From Octopus vulgaris (Eukaryota): a DNA stretch of 64,000 nucleotides. The notes under the pieces are model-generated. The model saw only the letters and a program-made list of their open reading frames with translations, was not told the origin of the DNA and ran no database searches. Shown piece by piece: positions 12,990 to 27,189 of the stretch; positions within the stretch are counted from its first letter, which is position 1; the number at the start of each line of letters is the position of its first letter. Made by a program: the position numbers and the translations under genes. Location of the stretch: positions 117,862,001 to 117,926,000 of the forward strand of contig OX597823.1 of NCBI GenBank assembly GCA_951406725.2, read 5' to 3'.

Positions 12990-13385
12990 GAATTTTTTGC
13001 ATAATGAGATAAAAAACCAAGACTGTATAGATATTAGAACATTTATAGATAGGTCTTAATTAATAATATCCCTTCATCGGAGACAGTGTGAGAGGAAAAT
13101 TAAGTCATAGTTAGTTTAGATGTGATACAAAATAGAGATTGAGATGGAGGAAAGAAAATAGATGTAAGATATGTGTGGGTATTGAAGTTGCAAATCCGTT
13201 GTATAGGCATAATGGTATATATGCAATATTCCAATATCCTTTGAGTAAAATCTGAAAGTCCAACAGAGTTTAATATGAGTCCTTCCAAATATAGAGTTTA
13301 TAAGCAATATAAGATTCCCTTATGAGTGAGATCCTGCAGATTTTTAAACTTGGTCATTCCCATTCTTGAAGAGTGAGACACTGTC
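12985..13385 (-). mobile_element. Penelope-like fragment: pLTR with a partly deleted hammerhead and a possible ORF C-terminus
   Basis: 12985-13080 is homologous to 29525-29640. The minus strand has gtctCCGATGAagggatat but lacks the GAAAC-stem III part. The upstream degenerate RESYIAYKL..LN resembles a GIY-YIG domain end (weak). Confidence 0.6.
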
Positions 13386-14204
13386 TTCTTTCTAGTACAA
13401 AAATGGTAGGCAAACAGAATAGTTCAGTTGCCTTTTAAGCTAAACAGCCTATACTGTTGCAAAACCTAGATTTTAGTACATCAAGGAATTAAGTAGCTAT
13501 TTTTATTGTATTTGTTTCCATTTATGTATTAAAAAAATTTCTCCCATTTTGCTAAAACCAGGATGGTTGGAATGTATAAATACTGTTACTGCATTAAATG
13601 AGTTCTCCATTAAATGAGTTCTCACTCATGCTGTTAGATAAATATTTAAGAGCACCTTAGCATTTATTTTATATCTCTAAAATCTTTCACCTAGCTTGAA
13701 AACATTTTACATGTATCACTGACTAAAAGCTATCAAGGAAATGTGAAATTATATTTCTACAACCTAATGTTCCTGATTTCTTAAAACTGTTTACACAGAC
13801 ATAATTCTTTCAAAATCAGAAAAGTATTTGTGGTCTCTGCTTGCATACTAGTCTCCTCTTAACAAATGTACATTTGGTTGACAGTCACATTTAGAATATG
13901 AATAGAAATTGAAGTAAAATTTCCAAGAGAAAAAAAAAACCTAAAAGAAGTGAATATGGAGAAAAACTTAAAAAAGAGAAAATAGTCTCCTACAAATATT
14001 CTTGACCAGCCTATGTGACTAATTCTTATTTCAACCAGTTTCCAAGTACATAGATATATACTGTGGGGGCTCTTAAATTAAATTAGAGATACAACTAAAA
14101 CTCCCAAAACTAAACAAAATGTTTTCACTCAGTCTGAAAAGTAGACACTATTTCCCACTGGATGAAAAAAATAAATTTGGAGTAGAATAATCTCGTAAAC
14201 TTAC

Positions 14205-14349
14205 CAATAATCGCCACCCAGAGTGCATACTAAAAGAGCACCAAAGACACTCCAGAGTGAGAATCCACCATGTTGCCAGCACATAGCCAGAGCTGTTTCA
14301 TCAGGTGTCCATTTCATACAAGACACAGCACCAATCATCTCTCCAGCAT
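14205..14349 (-). CDS. RIC1: RIC1 exon ((D)[47 protein letters not shown])
   Basis: 145 nt, acceptor gttttag, donor gtaagt, phase 1/2. Strong match to RIC1 GAVKLMRWSPDNS...[21 protein letters not shown]. Confidence 0.95.
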
Positions 14350-17179
14350 CTAAAACAAATTTCAAAAGTACATCATCATCAGCATCATTTTAAATCTGTT
14401 TTCATGCTGTCACAGGTTGGATGGGTCATTTAGAAAGGTCAGAGAACTATGTCTCACTTGAATGTTTCATTTTTGTGACTTGGCTTCTACAACTAGACAC
14501 TCTTTCTGTCACCAGCCACTTTACAGAGTGTACAGAGTGCATTTTATTGCAGCCCCAGCACTAGAAAAGCTGTTATGTCTTCTTTCAACCCAACACTGCA
14601 TCCACTCATTCACCAAGCACTTTACAGAGAGTACAGGGTACATTTTAACAAGGCATGGTGACTGAAAAAGTGAACAGAAGAGAAAGTGATGAAAGAAGAA
14701 CCAGAATAGGTAAATGAAGGGTGCAAGAGTACGTTGGTAGAAAATGAGGAGGTGGTAGATTGTAACAAAGGTGAACAACAGTAAGCATGAGTGATGGGTA
14801 TCAATAACAATTGGTCCAGAAAAGAGAAAGTAATGACAGACAATAGCAAAAGAGAAGCAGTAGTGTGTATAGGAAAGAAGCAATTTCAATACAATCCCTT
14901 ATATATAGGACTTGTAATAGATGAGAGAAGTTGAGTTATAAGGATGGTGGTAGAGTGGATTCAATATATAGAAGTTCAATATTGTCCCTCTTTACACCTG
15001 CAGCATGGTACAGTGAATAAAAGAATGAGTGTCAGCAAAATGAGAGAACCAGAAAGGTTAAGTGACATACTTAATTACATGGGAAGCATTGTACATGGAA
15101 CTGGAGAGATCTATTGGCCCCTTAGTTACCACTGACAGGGTAATACAGTGAACAGAAGAGAAGAGCAACGTAGGGATGAGTGATACAGAACTGGAGGGAT
15201 ATCAAAAAAGTGAAAGAAGTAGCAGATATAAACTGGGCAGTACATACGTGTGTGTGTGTGTGTGTGTGTGTGTGTAGTATACATTATGCCCCCCCCAGTC
15301 TCCATCACTACCACCATTTTTAACATACATTTCGCCATGCTTGCACAGGTGGTCAAGTCTTCTCTGGCACAACATGCTGCCAATCTACAAATTCTTTTGC
15401 TATCTCTTTCATAAGATCCAACATTGTGGGATCGGCCTTCACCACTTTGTTCCCAGTCTTCTTCGTTCTCCTTCTTCTACAAGCTCATCCACTTTGAAAA
15501 CAATTACACTCTTTCATTCAGCTATCATCCTCCATGCACATCACTTACAATCCATTATACAGGCCTAATGATAGGCAAGAAATGTAAAGTGATAAGGATG
15601 GTGGTGAGAAGGCCCAATACAGTCCTTCATTACACAGGTAGCACAGAATAGTGAATAGGAGGTGGGATCAGACAGATGCCATGAAAGCCCTCTTTACAAA
15701 GCAAGTATTGAAGAGGTTTACTGCAGTCATTAGTTACCCTGACAGTATAGAACAGTGACTTGAAGAGATGAGCCAAATGAAAGGAGATCAGAGAACTAAG
15801 GCAGGCAAACAGATGTAGCCTGAAATGTAGAGGATGAGTTTTTATGCCTCCCAGCTTCATCCTTACCACCAATTTTAACACGTGTTTTGTTATGCCGACA
15901 AGAATGCTTGAGTCTTCTCCAGTACTGCATGTCACCAATCAAGATAGTCCTATGTCATCTCCTCTGTTTGATACAACATTGTGGAATCAGTCTTTACAAC
16001 TTTATCCTAAGTGTTCTGAACTCTTTTACAAGTTCCATTCCTTTTTTAACATGAGGCACTTCTTTATGCAGCTGTCATCCTTCATAAGCGGCATATGCCC
16101 AAACAGGTGCAGTCTTCTCTAATGCACATTACATTTGATTCCTCTTATACTAAATTTTCTTCTCAGCTCATTACATGTCTAGCAAAGCATGGTCACTACA
16201 GTTCTTCCTAGTTTATGCAAACCCTCAGTAATGAAGGTTCGTATTTCACTACCATGCATATATAAATTACATATGTTAATTTTTTAGGCTGCTACTTTCA
16301 AGGAACTTTAAGGAATAACAACAGAACATTTAATGATAGGAGAATTTAATACAAGAATTTAAGTAATGTTAAATTTATAATCAAATTAATTACAAAATTA
16401 GTTTTAACTGGGACTTCAAGTTTCATTTAATGGCTTATTCAACCAGTCATACATATGTTCATCATTGTCCTCATCATTTAACATCCCCTTTTTCATGCTT
16501 ACATGGGTGAAATGAAATTTGTTGAGGCAGCATTTCTACAGCTGGATGCCTTTCCTGTTGCTAACTCTCACCTATTTCCAAGCAAGGAAATATTCCCCCT
16601 TACCACTTTATTTTCCACTGAACACCCTCTCACTGCTACCTTTGTTTGTCACTCACTATATCCACCCATACATACCTCTGACTTCCATCTGTCACTGTGC
16701 ATTCCTCTCTTATCCCACTGCACAATATGCACTTTACATCAACTTGCTATTTTTCATTTACCAACAGTTTTATTATACTGTTATTCCCAACAACACCCCT
16801 TAATGTACTGCCACTTATCTCCTCCTCTCTGACCCGCTTTTATTTTCTTCCTCCTTCCTCGCCAAACTGATATTCTTGATTCACATCATCTCCACCTGTG
16901 TTCACCATCCACTGCTCTCACCTTTATTCCTATCTCTATCCATCTGCCCATCTCCTTACACAATCTCATAACTCACCTATTCTCTCATTTTTTCTTACAT
17001 TCATTTTCTTGTATCTTGAGAGTATGCCCTGATAAATCATCATCACCACCATCTTTATCTTTTTCAAGCTAGGGTAGCCATGTATTTCCTCTATAACAAT
17101 ATACCTGTTCCTATGCCTTTATCATAATTTAGCACTTTAACATCTATCACCAAGCCACCCCACTCAGTTGAGGAATCAG

Positions 17180-19045
17180 TGTTGATACCATGTAAAAAGC
17201 ACCCAGTACACTTTGTAAAGCAACTGCTACACACAAAAACAGAAGATAATCTTCCTTTGATATTGCTGCACCTCTTATGTGTCCATAGCTTACACTGGGT
17301 ATACCTTGTGGAGTTTCTACCTAGGCCTTTTCTACAGATCTACAGAGCCATCTACCTGAAGGGATTAGTGCTTTGACTGCCTTCCTACTTATTAAGACTT
17401 TGGTTTTTGCTAGATTGATTCTAAGGTCCTTCGATTCTAGACCTTGCTTCCACACCTGAAACTTCTTTAGTTCTGATAGTGACTTAGCTACTAGAGTGAG
17501 ATCATCAGCATAGAGAAGCTCCCAGGGGAATCCTGTCTTGAATTCCTCTCTTATTGCCTGGGGGACTATGAGGAATAAGAGAGGGCTGAGGACTGATCCT
17601 TGGTGGACCCCTACTCCTACCCGGAATTCTTCACTGTACTCATTGCCAACCCTCACCTTACTGACAGCATCCCTGTACATGGCTTGTACAGCTCTCACTA
17701 ACCACTCATCTATCCCTAGTTTCTGCATTGACCACCAGATAAAAGATCAGGGGCCCTGTCAAAGGTTTTCTCTATGTCAATGAAAGCCAAGTACAGAGGT
17801 TTATCTTTGGTTAGGTATTTCTCCTGCAGCTATCTTACCAGAAATACAGCATCAGTCGTGCTTTTCCCAGGCACAAACCCAAACTGCATCTTGTTTAGAC
17901 TGACTCTCTCCCTAATTAGTTGGGCTATGACCCGCTCCATGACTTTCATTACCTGGTCCAACAACTTGATACCTCTTTAATTATTTGTATCTAATGCATC
18001 ACCTTTACCTTTGTAGCAGTTGACCATGGTGCTGCTACACCAGTCATGGGGTATGATCCCTTCATGTATTACCTGGGGTTGACTATACAGGTGTCTAGAC
18101 TATAGCCGACTCCACCAGATATTTTAAGCATCTCTGCAGTGATTCCTGATGGGCTCTCTCCTAGCAGCCTCATCAAATGCAAGTGAGCTATCATCCATGC
18201 AGACAAATTTCTCTCTTATGACATCACTTTTCTCTCTCACACACTGTCTTGCAACATAAAACACTTCAAGTCTTTGGTCCTCATGACACATAACATTAGC
18301 AAATTTTTTCTTATCTGTTTCCCCTCTGGCTAAGTAAATCTGTCTCCTAGCTTTCTTTCTGGCAATCTGATACAATTCCCTGCTACCACCATTCTCCATC
18401 CTTCCATGCTGGTTTCTTTACCTTAATGGCCCTGTCACCTATGTTGTTCCACCACCACATTACATTGGGTTGAAAGGGGACTTTGCACCATCAACAGATC
18501 TGGTCAGTAGCCCTCAACAGGTTGTCCAGGAAGAACCTCCAGTTATCTTCTACATCATGTGATGCTATATCCCGCTCCATTTTGTCAAAAGCTTCGAGTA
18601 ATATGTCTCTAAATCTCAGTCCATTCGCAGGATCCTTAAGCTTCCAGACCCTTCTCCATGCTGGCTGTCTTCTGGGCATCCATTTAGTCCTGATCCTGAA
18701 GTCACTAACTACTAATCTATGTTGTGGGGTGCATTCTTCACCTGGGAAGGTCTTGGCATTTATAAGTAGCCATTTTTCCTATTTTCTGGCAAGGATGTAA
18801 TCAATTTGACTAGTGTGTCCACCAGATCGGTAGGTGAATAGGTGGTTGACAGGCTTCCTGAAGTTAGTATTACAAACCATAAGATCATTTGCATCACAGA
18901 ACTCCAGCAGCTTGGTTCCCTCCTCATTGTGGGAACCAAAACCATAGCCTCCATGTACGCCATGGAAGCCCCCTGCATGTTGTCCAAGATGCCCATTGAA
19001 TTTGCCAGCTACAAAAAGAAGGTCCCAGTCATTTGGCAACAAGGT
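17180..19045 (-). mobile_element. Degraded RTE-clade LINE (endonuclease and RT)
   Basis: FNGHLG..GGYGFGSHNEEGTKLLEFCDANDLMVCNTNFRK..QIDYIL (EN) and GVHQGSVLSPLLF..ELLYADDL (RT); multiple frameshifts. Confidence 0.92.
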
Positions 19046-19169
19046 AGTCTGCAAGAGGGTACACAGATATATAAACACACACACACATATATAAAATATA
19101 CAATACTATAATAATGATGACTGTGGTTATTAAATTTAATTAGCAAGTCAAATTAAAACTATTTATTAT

Positions 19170-19377
19170 TATCATTATTATATATATATATATAATGTGT
19201 GTGTGTGTATGTATATGTGAGTGTGTATATGTATATATGTGTGTGTGTGTATATATATGTATGTGTGTGTGTATATGCATATATATGAATGTGTAAGTTT
19301 CTATATTTATATATACATGTGTGTGTGAGTGTATATGCATGTGTATATGTAGGTATATATATCTGTGTACTTTTGGT

Positions 19378-19434
<57 letters not shown>

Positions 19435-19718
19435 GTATATATACATACACACAACAGGCTTCTTTCAGTTTCCATCTACCAAATCCACTCACAAGCCTTT
19501 GGTTGGCCCAAAGTTATAGTAGAAGATACTTGCACAAGGTGCCATGCAGTGGGATTGAACCTGGAACCACATAGCCACTCTTGTACACACACACACACAT
19601 ATATATGTATATATTTTGCTTGTATAAATATATCTATGTAAAAGTATATGCACATGTGTATGCATGTATATGTATATATTTGTATATGTGTGTGCATATA
19701 TATATGTATATATATATG

Positions 19719-19755
<37 letters not shown>

Positions 19756-19770
19756 GTGTGTATGTAATCT
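19170..19770. repeat. (TA)n/(TG)n microsatellite block with an embedded family B SINE fragment (19450-19582)
   Basis: Directly visible dinucleotide repeats, which explain the spurious YI/HT ORFs. Confidence 0.9.
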
Positions 19771-20351
19771 ATACAGTAATGTTGAATTTTGAAAATTAAT
19801 TTTTTAGTGGATTAATTCAGAATTTTGAATCCTTTTAGGGCATATTCTTGTAGTTACTGTAAAATACATCATTATATTGGTAATTTAATATTAATTACAT
19901 ATTACAAATAAGATGTATTCATTATACTAAATAGTTATATGTATAAATACATTCATTTAATTTATTAATTGATGAAAATTCTAATAATAATAATATTAAT
20001 AAATAAATAATTTGAGTTGCTAACTCAATTTAATAACCACAATAATAGTTATTATAGTATTGTATAGTTTATAAATGGCATTCTTATTACAACAATCTTA
20101 TTTTGCTACTTATGAAAGAATTAATCAAATTTAGATATATACTATATTTAGTTCTTTAATTAAATGATACTATTAATTATATTTATCAAGGACCACTACA
20201 CAATCCCTGTTTTGCTTAATACTTAATTTTATTTACTGAGTTCCCCATCAATAATATATGAATAATAATATACTTTTTTAAGTAACTTCAAATCTCTTTA
20301 CTTATAAAAAACTAGTAATATTTTGGTATTCATATTGTAGCCTAACCCTAT

Positions 20352-20880
20352 ATCATCATCGTTTAACGTCTGCTTTCCATGCTAGCATGGGTTGGACAAA
20401 TGACTGAGGTCTGGCAAACCAGATGGCTGCACCAGGCTTCAATCTTGATCTGGCAGAGTTTCTACAGTTGGATGCCCTTCCTAACGCCAACCACTCCAAG
20501 AGTGTAGGGAGTGCTTTTACATGCCACCTGCACGGGGCCAGTCAGGCGGCACTGGCAACGACCTCGCTCAAATCTTTTACACATGCCACCGGCACAGGTG
20601 CCAGTAAGGCAATGCTAGTAACGATCATGCTCGAATGATGTCTTTTACATGCCACCGGCATGGAGGCCAGATAGCCGCTCTGGCAACGATCACGCTCGGA
20701 TGGTGCTCTTAATACCCTACTAGCACGGGGCTCGAGTGCCAGTAATGTGATGCTGGTAACGATCATGCTCGAATGGTGCCTTTTAAGTGCCACAGGCACG
20801 GAAGTCGGTTAGCCGCTCTGTCAATGATCGCACTCGTATGGTGCTCTTTGCACCCCACTAACACGAACGCCAGTCATCGA
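20352..20880 (-). mobile_element. Family C (RTE 3' UTR-derived) element
   Basis: (CAT)n-gtttaacgtc tail on the left with internal repeat units. Removing it rejoins an AT-rich reading frame (finding 19790-21650). Confidence 0.88.
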
Positions 20881-22974
20881 ATCTATGGGGTATTTTTGAA
20901 ATAGTGTCTATAGCTCTAAATTTATCTTCATATTTATTACGGAATTCTCCCTCCAATAAATAATAACTATTGAACACTTTTATTAGTTACTTTAAACAAC
21001 TTTTTTATATCAATAACTTTAAATAAATCGAAGAGTTATTATATGTTAAAACTATAATTATACTTATATCTTTTTACATGTTTTATTGTAGTTTATAGAT
21101 TAAGTAAGACCCTGATACTTAATTATATACATATATATTGTTGCTGTATGTTATCTTAATAGCAAAAGATTGTCTTGGACATAAACGAGTTTGAATTGAT
21201 ATTATTTAAGATATCTAGATATATATTTCGATAGCTATAGATTCTATCTAATCATTTTGTCCATTATAATTTTGTTGTTCTTTTAATTTTTAATGTAACT
21301 GACATGTAGTTAAATGGCTAATGCTCACGCTCATAATACATAGGTATTTGAATTAATTTTTTTCCAATCCAGCAATTCTTTCACAAGGAATTTCATCTAT
21401 CTACACACCATTGCCCTGATGTGACGAACACATAAGCAAAGTGAATTGTTTATATTTCAAAAACTGTATAGAAGTCAAAACAAATAGTTGGTTTTTTTGG
21501 TTGTTTAAATAATTGTTTATGTTATATTATATTATATTATATTATATCACATTCATAGTATATTGTTATATTATAATATAAATAAATTATTGGATTGTCA
21601 ATTGTATCTATTTAATTTATTGTTTATACATACATATAACTGAAAAAGTTGGAGTCAACAAGAAGGGGTACGGTTGGACATTTATTTTTCAATCACTACA
21701 ATTGTCTCCATGCAACATAGTTTGCCAGGAGTACAGGTACTTGATTATGCAACTGTTTCCCTGCATTATGAGATCTAGTTGTGTTTATTCAAGTGATGTG
21801 TAACTATTGTGTCCATAAGTTTAACAACCTCAGCTTCAAGAACATCCCCTCTGTCTGTCATGGCCTGAATTTAGAAGTAGTCACTGAGCTTATCAGGGTG
21901 CATTGTTGTTGAAGGGCCGGTGGAAAACTGCTTGAATGTGTAGATGTAGTGGGAGGGTGATTCTGGTACTGTTAAAGTGGTCACTGTTTTAAAGGGATTG
22001 GCATTTTATTTCTTTGTACTGCTGATTTGTACTTTGTGGTTGGTTACATGAGGTTTTCTTTAAACACATACACACACTCACACGCATACAATTTTTTCAG
22101 TTATATATTCACAAACAGCAGATACCCAAACACAAACTGGAAGTACGAATAATACTACTACTGGATAGCAAAGGGTAAATCAGAAGGTGGATGACCTTTA
22201 TGCTGTAGTCTACTATATTCTTAACAGAATATATCATAACTATATATATATATATATATGCACACACACAACAGGCTTATTTCAGTTTCTGCCTACTAAA
22301 TCCACTCATAAGGCTTTGGTTGGCCAAGGGCTATAGTAGAAGACACTTGCCCACAGTGCTATGCAGTGGGACTGAACCCAGAACACCTGACTGAGAAGCA
22401 AACTTCTAACCACACAGCCACACCTGCACCTAATATTCCAGTCATCTGAATCTTTCTTTTTCTTTTAAGTTTACTGTTCTTTCTTTGTTGTTTTCTTCAC
22501 TTAATATATTCTTGTCCAACCAATTTTCTCCTTTATTTCAGTTATTGGTGACATTACTGGGCCTCCAATAAACATATTTCTTGAACATATAAGCCTTAAA
22601 TAAATACAGAACTTGCCATCTGTTACAGCTTTTCATAATAGCATCTATGTTATAATGAATGTGTATAAAGTGTTGCAATGAATGTATAAATGTGTGGATA
22701 TTTATTCTTCCTGAAATCAACTGAATGGTAAAGCCGTCCATTAAGACACTGTAATGCCCTAACAATTCAATGGATTATAATATTGTAAGGTAATTAAATA
22801 ATTGAAACAAATTGAGAGAGCAGATGCATTTATATTGAAATCAATATCACAAGTGTTTTAGTTGTCCTGGCAGTAAATAAGTATGTTGGAATGCTGCATG
22901 GAAAGACTCTGCATGTTCAATCCCAACCAAAACACTGGCTGCCTCATGTTGAATAAAGATTAAAGTATTCAAAA

Positions 22975-23388
22975 TACTCTTTTACTCTCTTTTACTTGTT
23001 TCAGTCATTTGACTGTGGCCATGCTGGAGCACCGCCTTTAGTCGAGCAAATCGACCCCGGGACTTATTCTTTGTAAGCCTAGTACTTATTCTATCGGTCT
23101 CTTTTGCCGAACTGCTAATTTATGGGGATGTAAACACACCAGCATCAGTTGTCAAATGATGTTGCGGGGACAAACACAGACACACAAACATACACACACA
23201 CATAAATATATATATACACATATATGACAGGCTTCTTTCAGTTTCCTTGTACAAAATCCACTTACAAGGCTTTGGTCGGCCCGAGGCTATAGTAGAAGAC
23301 ATTTGCCCAGGGGCCACACAGTGCGACTGAACCCGGAATCATGTGGTCAGTAAGCAAGCTACTTACCACATGGCCACTCCTACACCTG
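22975..23388 (-). mobile_element. Family B tRNA-derived SINE (CORE-like) with internal microsatellite
   Basis: Reverse complement of the full copies at 34531-34960 and 40292-40738. Confidence 0.88.
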
Positions 23389-23500
23389 TTGAGCTTTATT
23401 TTAAAACAAATTTTAAAAAAAACAAAAATGGAGCTAACAGTTTAAAATATATAATTTAAAATATATAATTCTACAAATAGAATACAAAATTATATTTTAC

Positions 23501-23589
23501 CTGGATAATCTTTATTCAATACTTTCAAGTAATGTGAGACCTCAAGGACACCAACCATTTCATCAAATGAGTAAACAATTCCTTCACCA
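23501..23589 (-). CDS. RIC1: RIC1 exon ((S)GEGIVYSFDEMVGVLEVSHYLKVLNKDYP)
   Basis: 89 nt, acceptor attttcag, donor gtaaaa, phase 2/1 fits both neighbours. Matches [29 protein letters not shown]. Confidence 0.9.
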
Positions 23590-23647
23590 CTGAAAATATT
23601 AAGAATAACCCAAGATTATAAATTCATACAGAATATATATAATATAT

Positions 23648-24035
23648 ATCATCATCATCATCATCGTTTAACGTCCGCTTTCCATGCTAGCATGGGTTGG
23701 ACGATTTTGACTGAGGGTTGGCGAACCAGGCTCCAATCTTGATCTGGCAGAGTTTCTACAGCTGGATGTTCTTCCTAACGCCAACTACTCCGAGACCGTA
23801 GGGAGTGCTTTTACGTGCCAGTCAGGCGGCACTGGCAACGACCTCGCTCAAATCTTTTACACATACCACCGGCACAGGTGCCAGTAAGGCAATGCTGGTA
23901 ACGGTCATGCTCAAATGGTGTCTTTTACATGCCATTGGCACAGTAGCCAGTTGGCTACTCTGGCAATGATCACGCTCGGGTGGTGCTCTTGGCACCCTAC
24001 TAGCATGGGCACAAGTGCCAGTAAGGCGACACTGG
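23648..24035 (-). mobile_element. Family C element
   Basis: (CAT)n tail plus a body homologous to 20352-20880. Confidence 0.88.
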
Positions 24036-24066
<31 letters not shown>

Positions 24067-24460
24067 CACACACACAATATAAATTGACAAAAGTGAGAAA
24101 CTTTTTGACATACTACTTTGTTTTATTATATCTAGGGAGAGTCATTATGTCAGTACAATTAACACACACAAAGAACAAAGACGACAAATGTTATTACAGC
24201 CATTGAATTGTGATTCTGGTTACAATTGAATGATTAACAGGTTCCTTTCCTGTGTCACAATTGGAAAAACAAACAGTTATAAAACACTATTGAAGCCCAA
24301 AATATCAAGCTAAAAGTGAATGGAATATAATTACATAGAAGGTAAATATAAAAGCACAGCAGCACCTCTTGATGTGACTGTCTTCATTCATACACATTAC
24401 ATGGTCATATCAGCACTGTCTGATGTTTCATATACCCAGTTCTTCTCTCAAATTATTTAC

Positions 24461-27170
24461 ATCATCATCATTTAACATCCGTTTTCCATGCTGGCATGGG
24501 CTGGACGGTTTGACTGAGGTCTGGAAAGCCAGTGGCTGCACCAAGCTCCAATCTGATCTGGTAATGTTTCTACAGCTAGACGCCCTTCCTAATACCAAGC
24601 ATTCTGAGAGTGTAGTGAGTGCTTTTTAGGTGCCACCGGCACAGGAGCCAGTTAGGCAGGCATGGTATCAATCAGGTTCGGATAGTGCATTTTATGTGCC
24701 GCCGGCATGGAACCAGTCAGGGGGTATTGGCATCATTCATGCTCAGATGGTGCTTTTTTCGTACCATCGGCACAGGAGCCAGTCAGGCAGTCCTGATGTC
24801 GATCACATTTAGATAGTGCTTTTTATGTGCCACCAGCATGGGAGCCAGTCAAGGGGTACTGGCACCGGCCACATTCGGATGGTGCATTTTACATGCCACC
24901 AGCATGGGAGCCAGTAGGGGGTACTGGCCTTGACTCAACAGGTCTTTTCATGCATATCATATCGCCCAACACATCAGAGGTACTCCTTAACTGGGCCAGA
25001 TGTGCATAGTTGCGATCCCACTTTAGTTGCCGGGTCTTCTCAATCACAACATAGGTCTTGGTCTCCTGTCATTGCCTCTGTGAGGCCCAATGTTCAGAGG
25101 TCATCCCATGTCTTCCTGGGTCTACCTCTTCCACAATTAGGGAGTGGCACTTCATCACACAGCTGTCCTCATCTATACATAACACATGACCATACCAGCA
25201 CAATCATCTCTCTTGCACACCACATTAGATGCTTCTTATGCCCAACTTTTCACTTAGGGCGCTTACACTCTGTCTTGTGCGCACACTAACATTACACGTC
25301 CAGTGGATCATACTAGCATCATTTCTTTCAAGCCTTAACATGTCCTCAGCAGTCATGGCTCATGTTTCACTGCTGTGTAGCATGGCGGTTTGCATACATG
25401 CATCATACAGTTGCCAGCAGAGATATGAGCTCCTTGAACTTTGCCCAGGCTATTCTTATTCTAACTGCTATGCTCTCAGAGCAACCACCCACACTACAGA
25501 CTTGGTCACGTAGGTAATGGAAGCTATTAACTACTTCTAGTTTCTCACCCTGGCATGTGATGGAATCTGTCTTCTGTACATCTTCAGTGTTTATTGTCCC
25601 AGTACATCTGCCACACACAAAAACTATCTTCCTAGTTAACCTTCCTTTAATATTGCTGCACCTTTTATGTGTCCATATCTTACACCAAATGCATCATATG
25701 GAGTTTCTACCCACGTCTTTTCTACAGATCGAGCAAGGCCATCAACCTGAAGGGGTTTGTGATTTGACAGCCTTCCTGCTTACTAAGACTTTGGTTTTTG
25801 CTATGTTAACCCTAAGGCCTTTTGATTCTAGACCTTGCTTCCACACCCTAAACATCGTCTCTAGTTCTGGCAGTGACTTGGCTATTAGAGCATAGAGAAG
25901 CTCCCAGGGCAGCCTGTCTTGAATTCCTCTGTTATTGTCTGGAGGACTATAATGAATAAGATGGGGCTGAGGACTGATCCTTGGTGAACCCCTACTTCTA
26001 CTCGGAATTCTTCACTATACTCGTTGCCAACCCTCACCTTACTGACAGCATCCTTGTAGAGGGCTTGTACAGCACTTACCAACCATTCGTCTATCCCTAG
26101 TTTCCGCATTGACCACCAGATAGGGATCGGGGCACCCTGTGAAAGGCTTTCTACAAGTCAGCAAAAGCCAAGTACAGAGGTTTATCTTTGGCTAGATATT
26201 TCTCCTGCAGTTGCCTTACCAGAAATATAGAATCAGTGGTGCTTCCGCCTGGCACAAAACCAAACTGCATCTCATCTAGGCTAACTCTCTCCTTAATTAG
26301 TTGGGCTATGACCCTCCATGTAACTTTCATCATCTGATCCAATAATATGATACGTCTGTAGTTATTTCTATCTAAAGCATCACCTTTACCCTTGTAGCAG
26401 TTGACTATGGTGCTGCTGCTGCTACATCAGTCATTGGGTACGACTCCTTCATGAACTCCCTGATTTATGATGTGGGTGACAAGACCATAACACACACCAC
26501 CCAATATTTTAAGTATCTCAGCAGTGATTCCTGATGGGCCATGTGCTTTCCCTGTCTTCATATCCTTAATTACTTTATCTACCAGGGTACTGCCGATTCG
26601 GGTAGCTGGTCCCTCAACTGGGTCAACCTTTGGCAGACTCTCCTCCTCCCATTCATTCTCCACATTCAGCAGTCTTTCATAATGGCATCTTCAAGCCTCT
26701 TTCTTTGAAGAATCATTAAACACAAGAGCACCATCATCCATGCAGACACATTTCTCTCCTGTGACACCACAGTTTTCTCTCACATACAGTCTTGCAATCC
26801 GAAATACTTCAGTTCTTTGGTCCTCATGTCGCTGAACATTGGCAAACTTCTTTTCTGCTACTCCTTTGGCTATATATACCTGTCTCCTAGCTTCCCTTTT
26901 GGCTAGCTGATACATTCTCCTGCTACTCCGACTCTTCCAGGCCTTCCAAGCCTGTTTCTTTGTTCTAATAGCCCTGCCTACAGTATTGTTGCACCACCAT
27001 GTTACGCTAGGTCTGGAAGGGACTTTGCACCAGCCACAGATTTGGTCTGCGGCACTCAACAAGCTGTCACTCAGGAATTCCCAGCTGCCTTCTATGTCAC
27101 AGGACAGTAGCTCCTCCCTATCAAATTTCTCGGTAAGGATATCTCTAAATCTCTAACCATAGGGTTCTTA
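24461..27170 (-). mobile_element. 5'-truncated RTE LINE including 3' UTR and (GAT)n tail
   Basis: ORF pieces TWWCNNTV, KDMKTGKAHGPSGI, QFGFVPGGSTTDSIF, GVHQGSVLSP, LEVVNSFHYL..RIRIAWAKF. The 3' UTR (24461-about 25000) contains tandem units and the family C tail. Confidence 0.92.
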
Positions 27171-27189
27171 AGCTTTTCTGTCAAATATG

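Noticed and set aside
19140-19799. Many YIYI/HTHT-rich ORFs here and at other SINE centres
   Set aside because: Translations of (TA)n/(CA)n microsatellites, not genes.
19790-21600. Possible mitochondrial insertion (NUMT) because of extreme AT content
   Set aside because: I could not recognise any mitochondrial protein, rRNA or tRNA motif.
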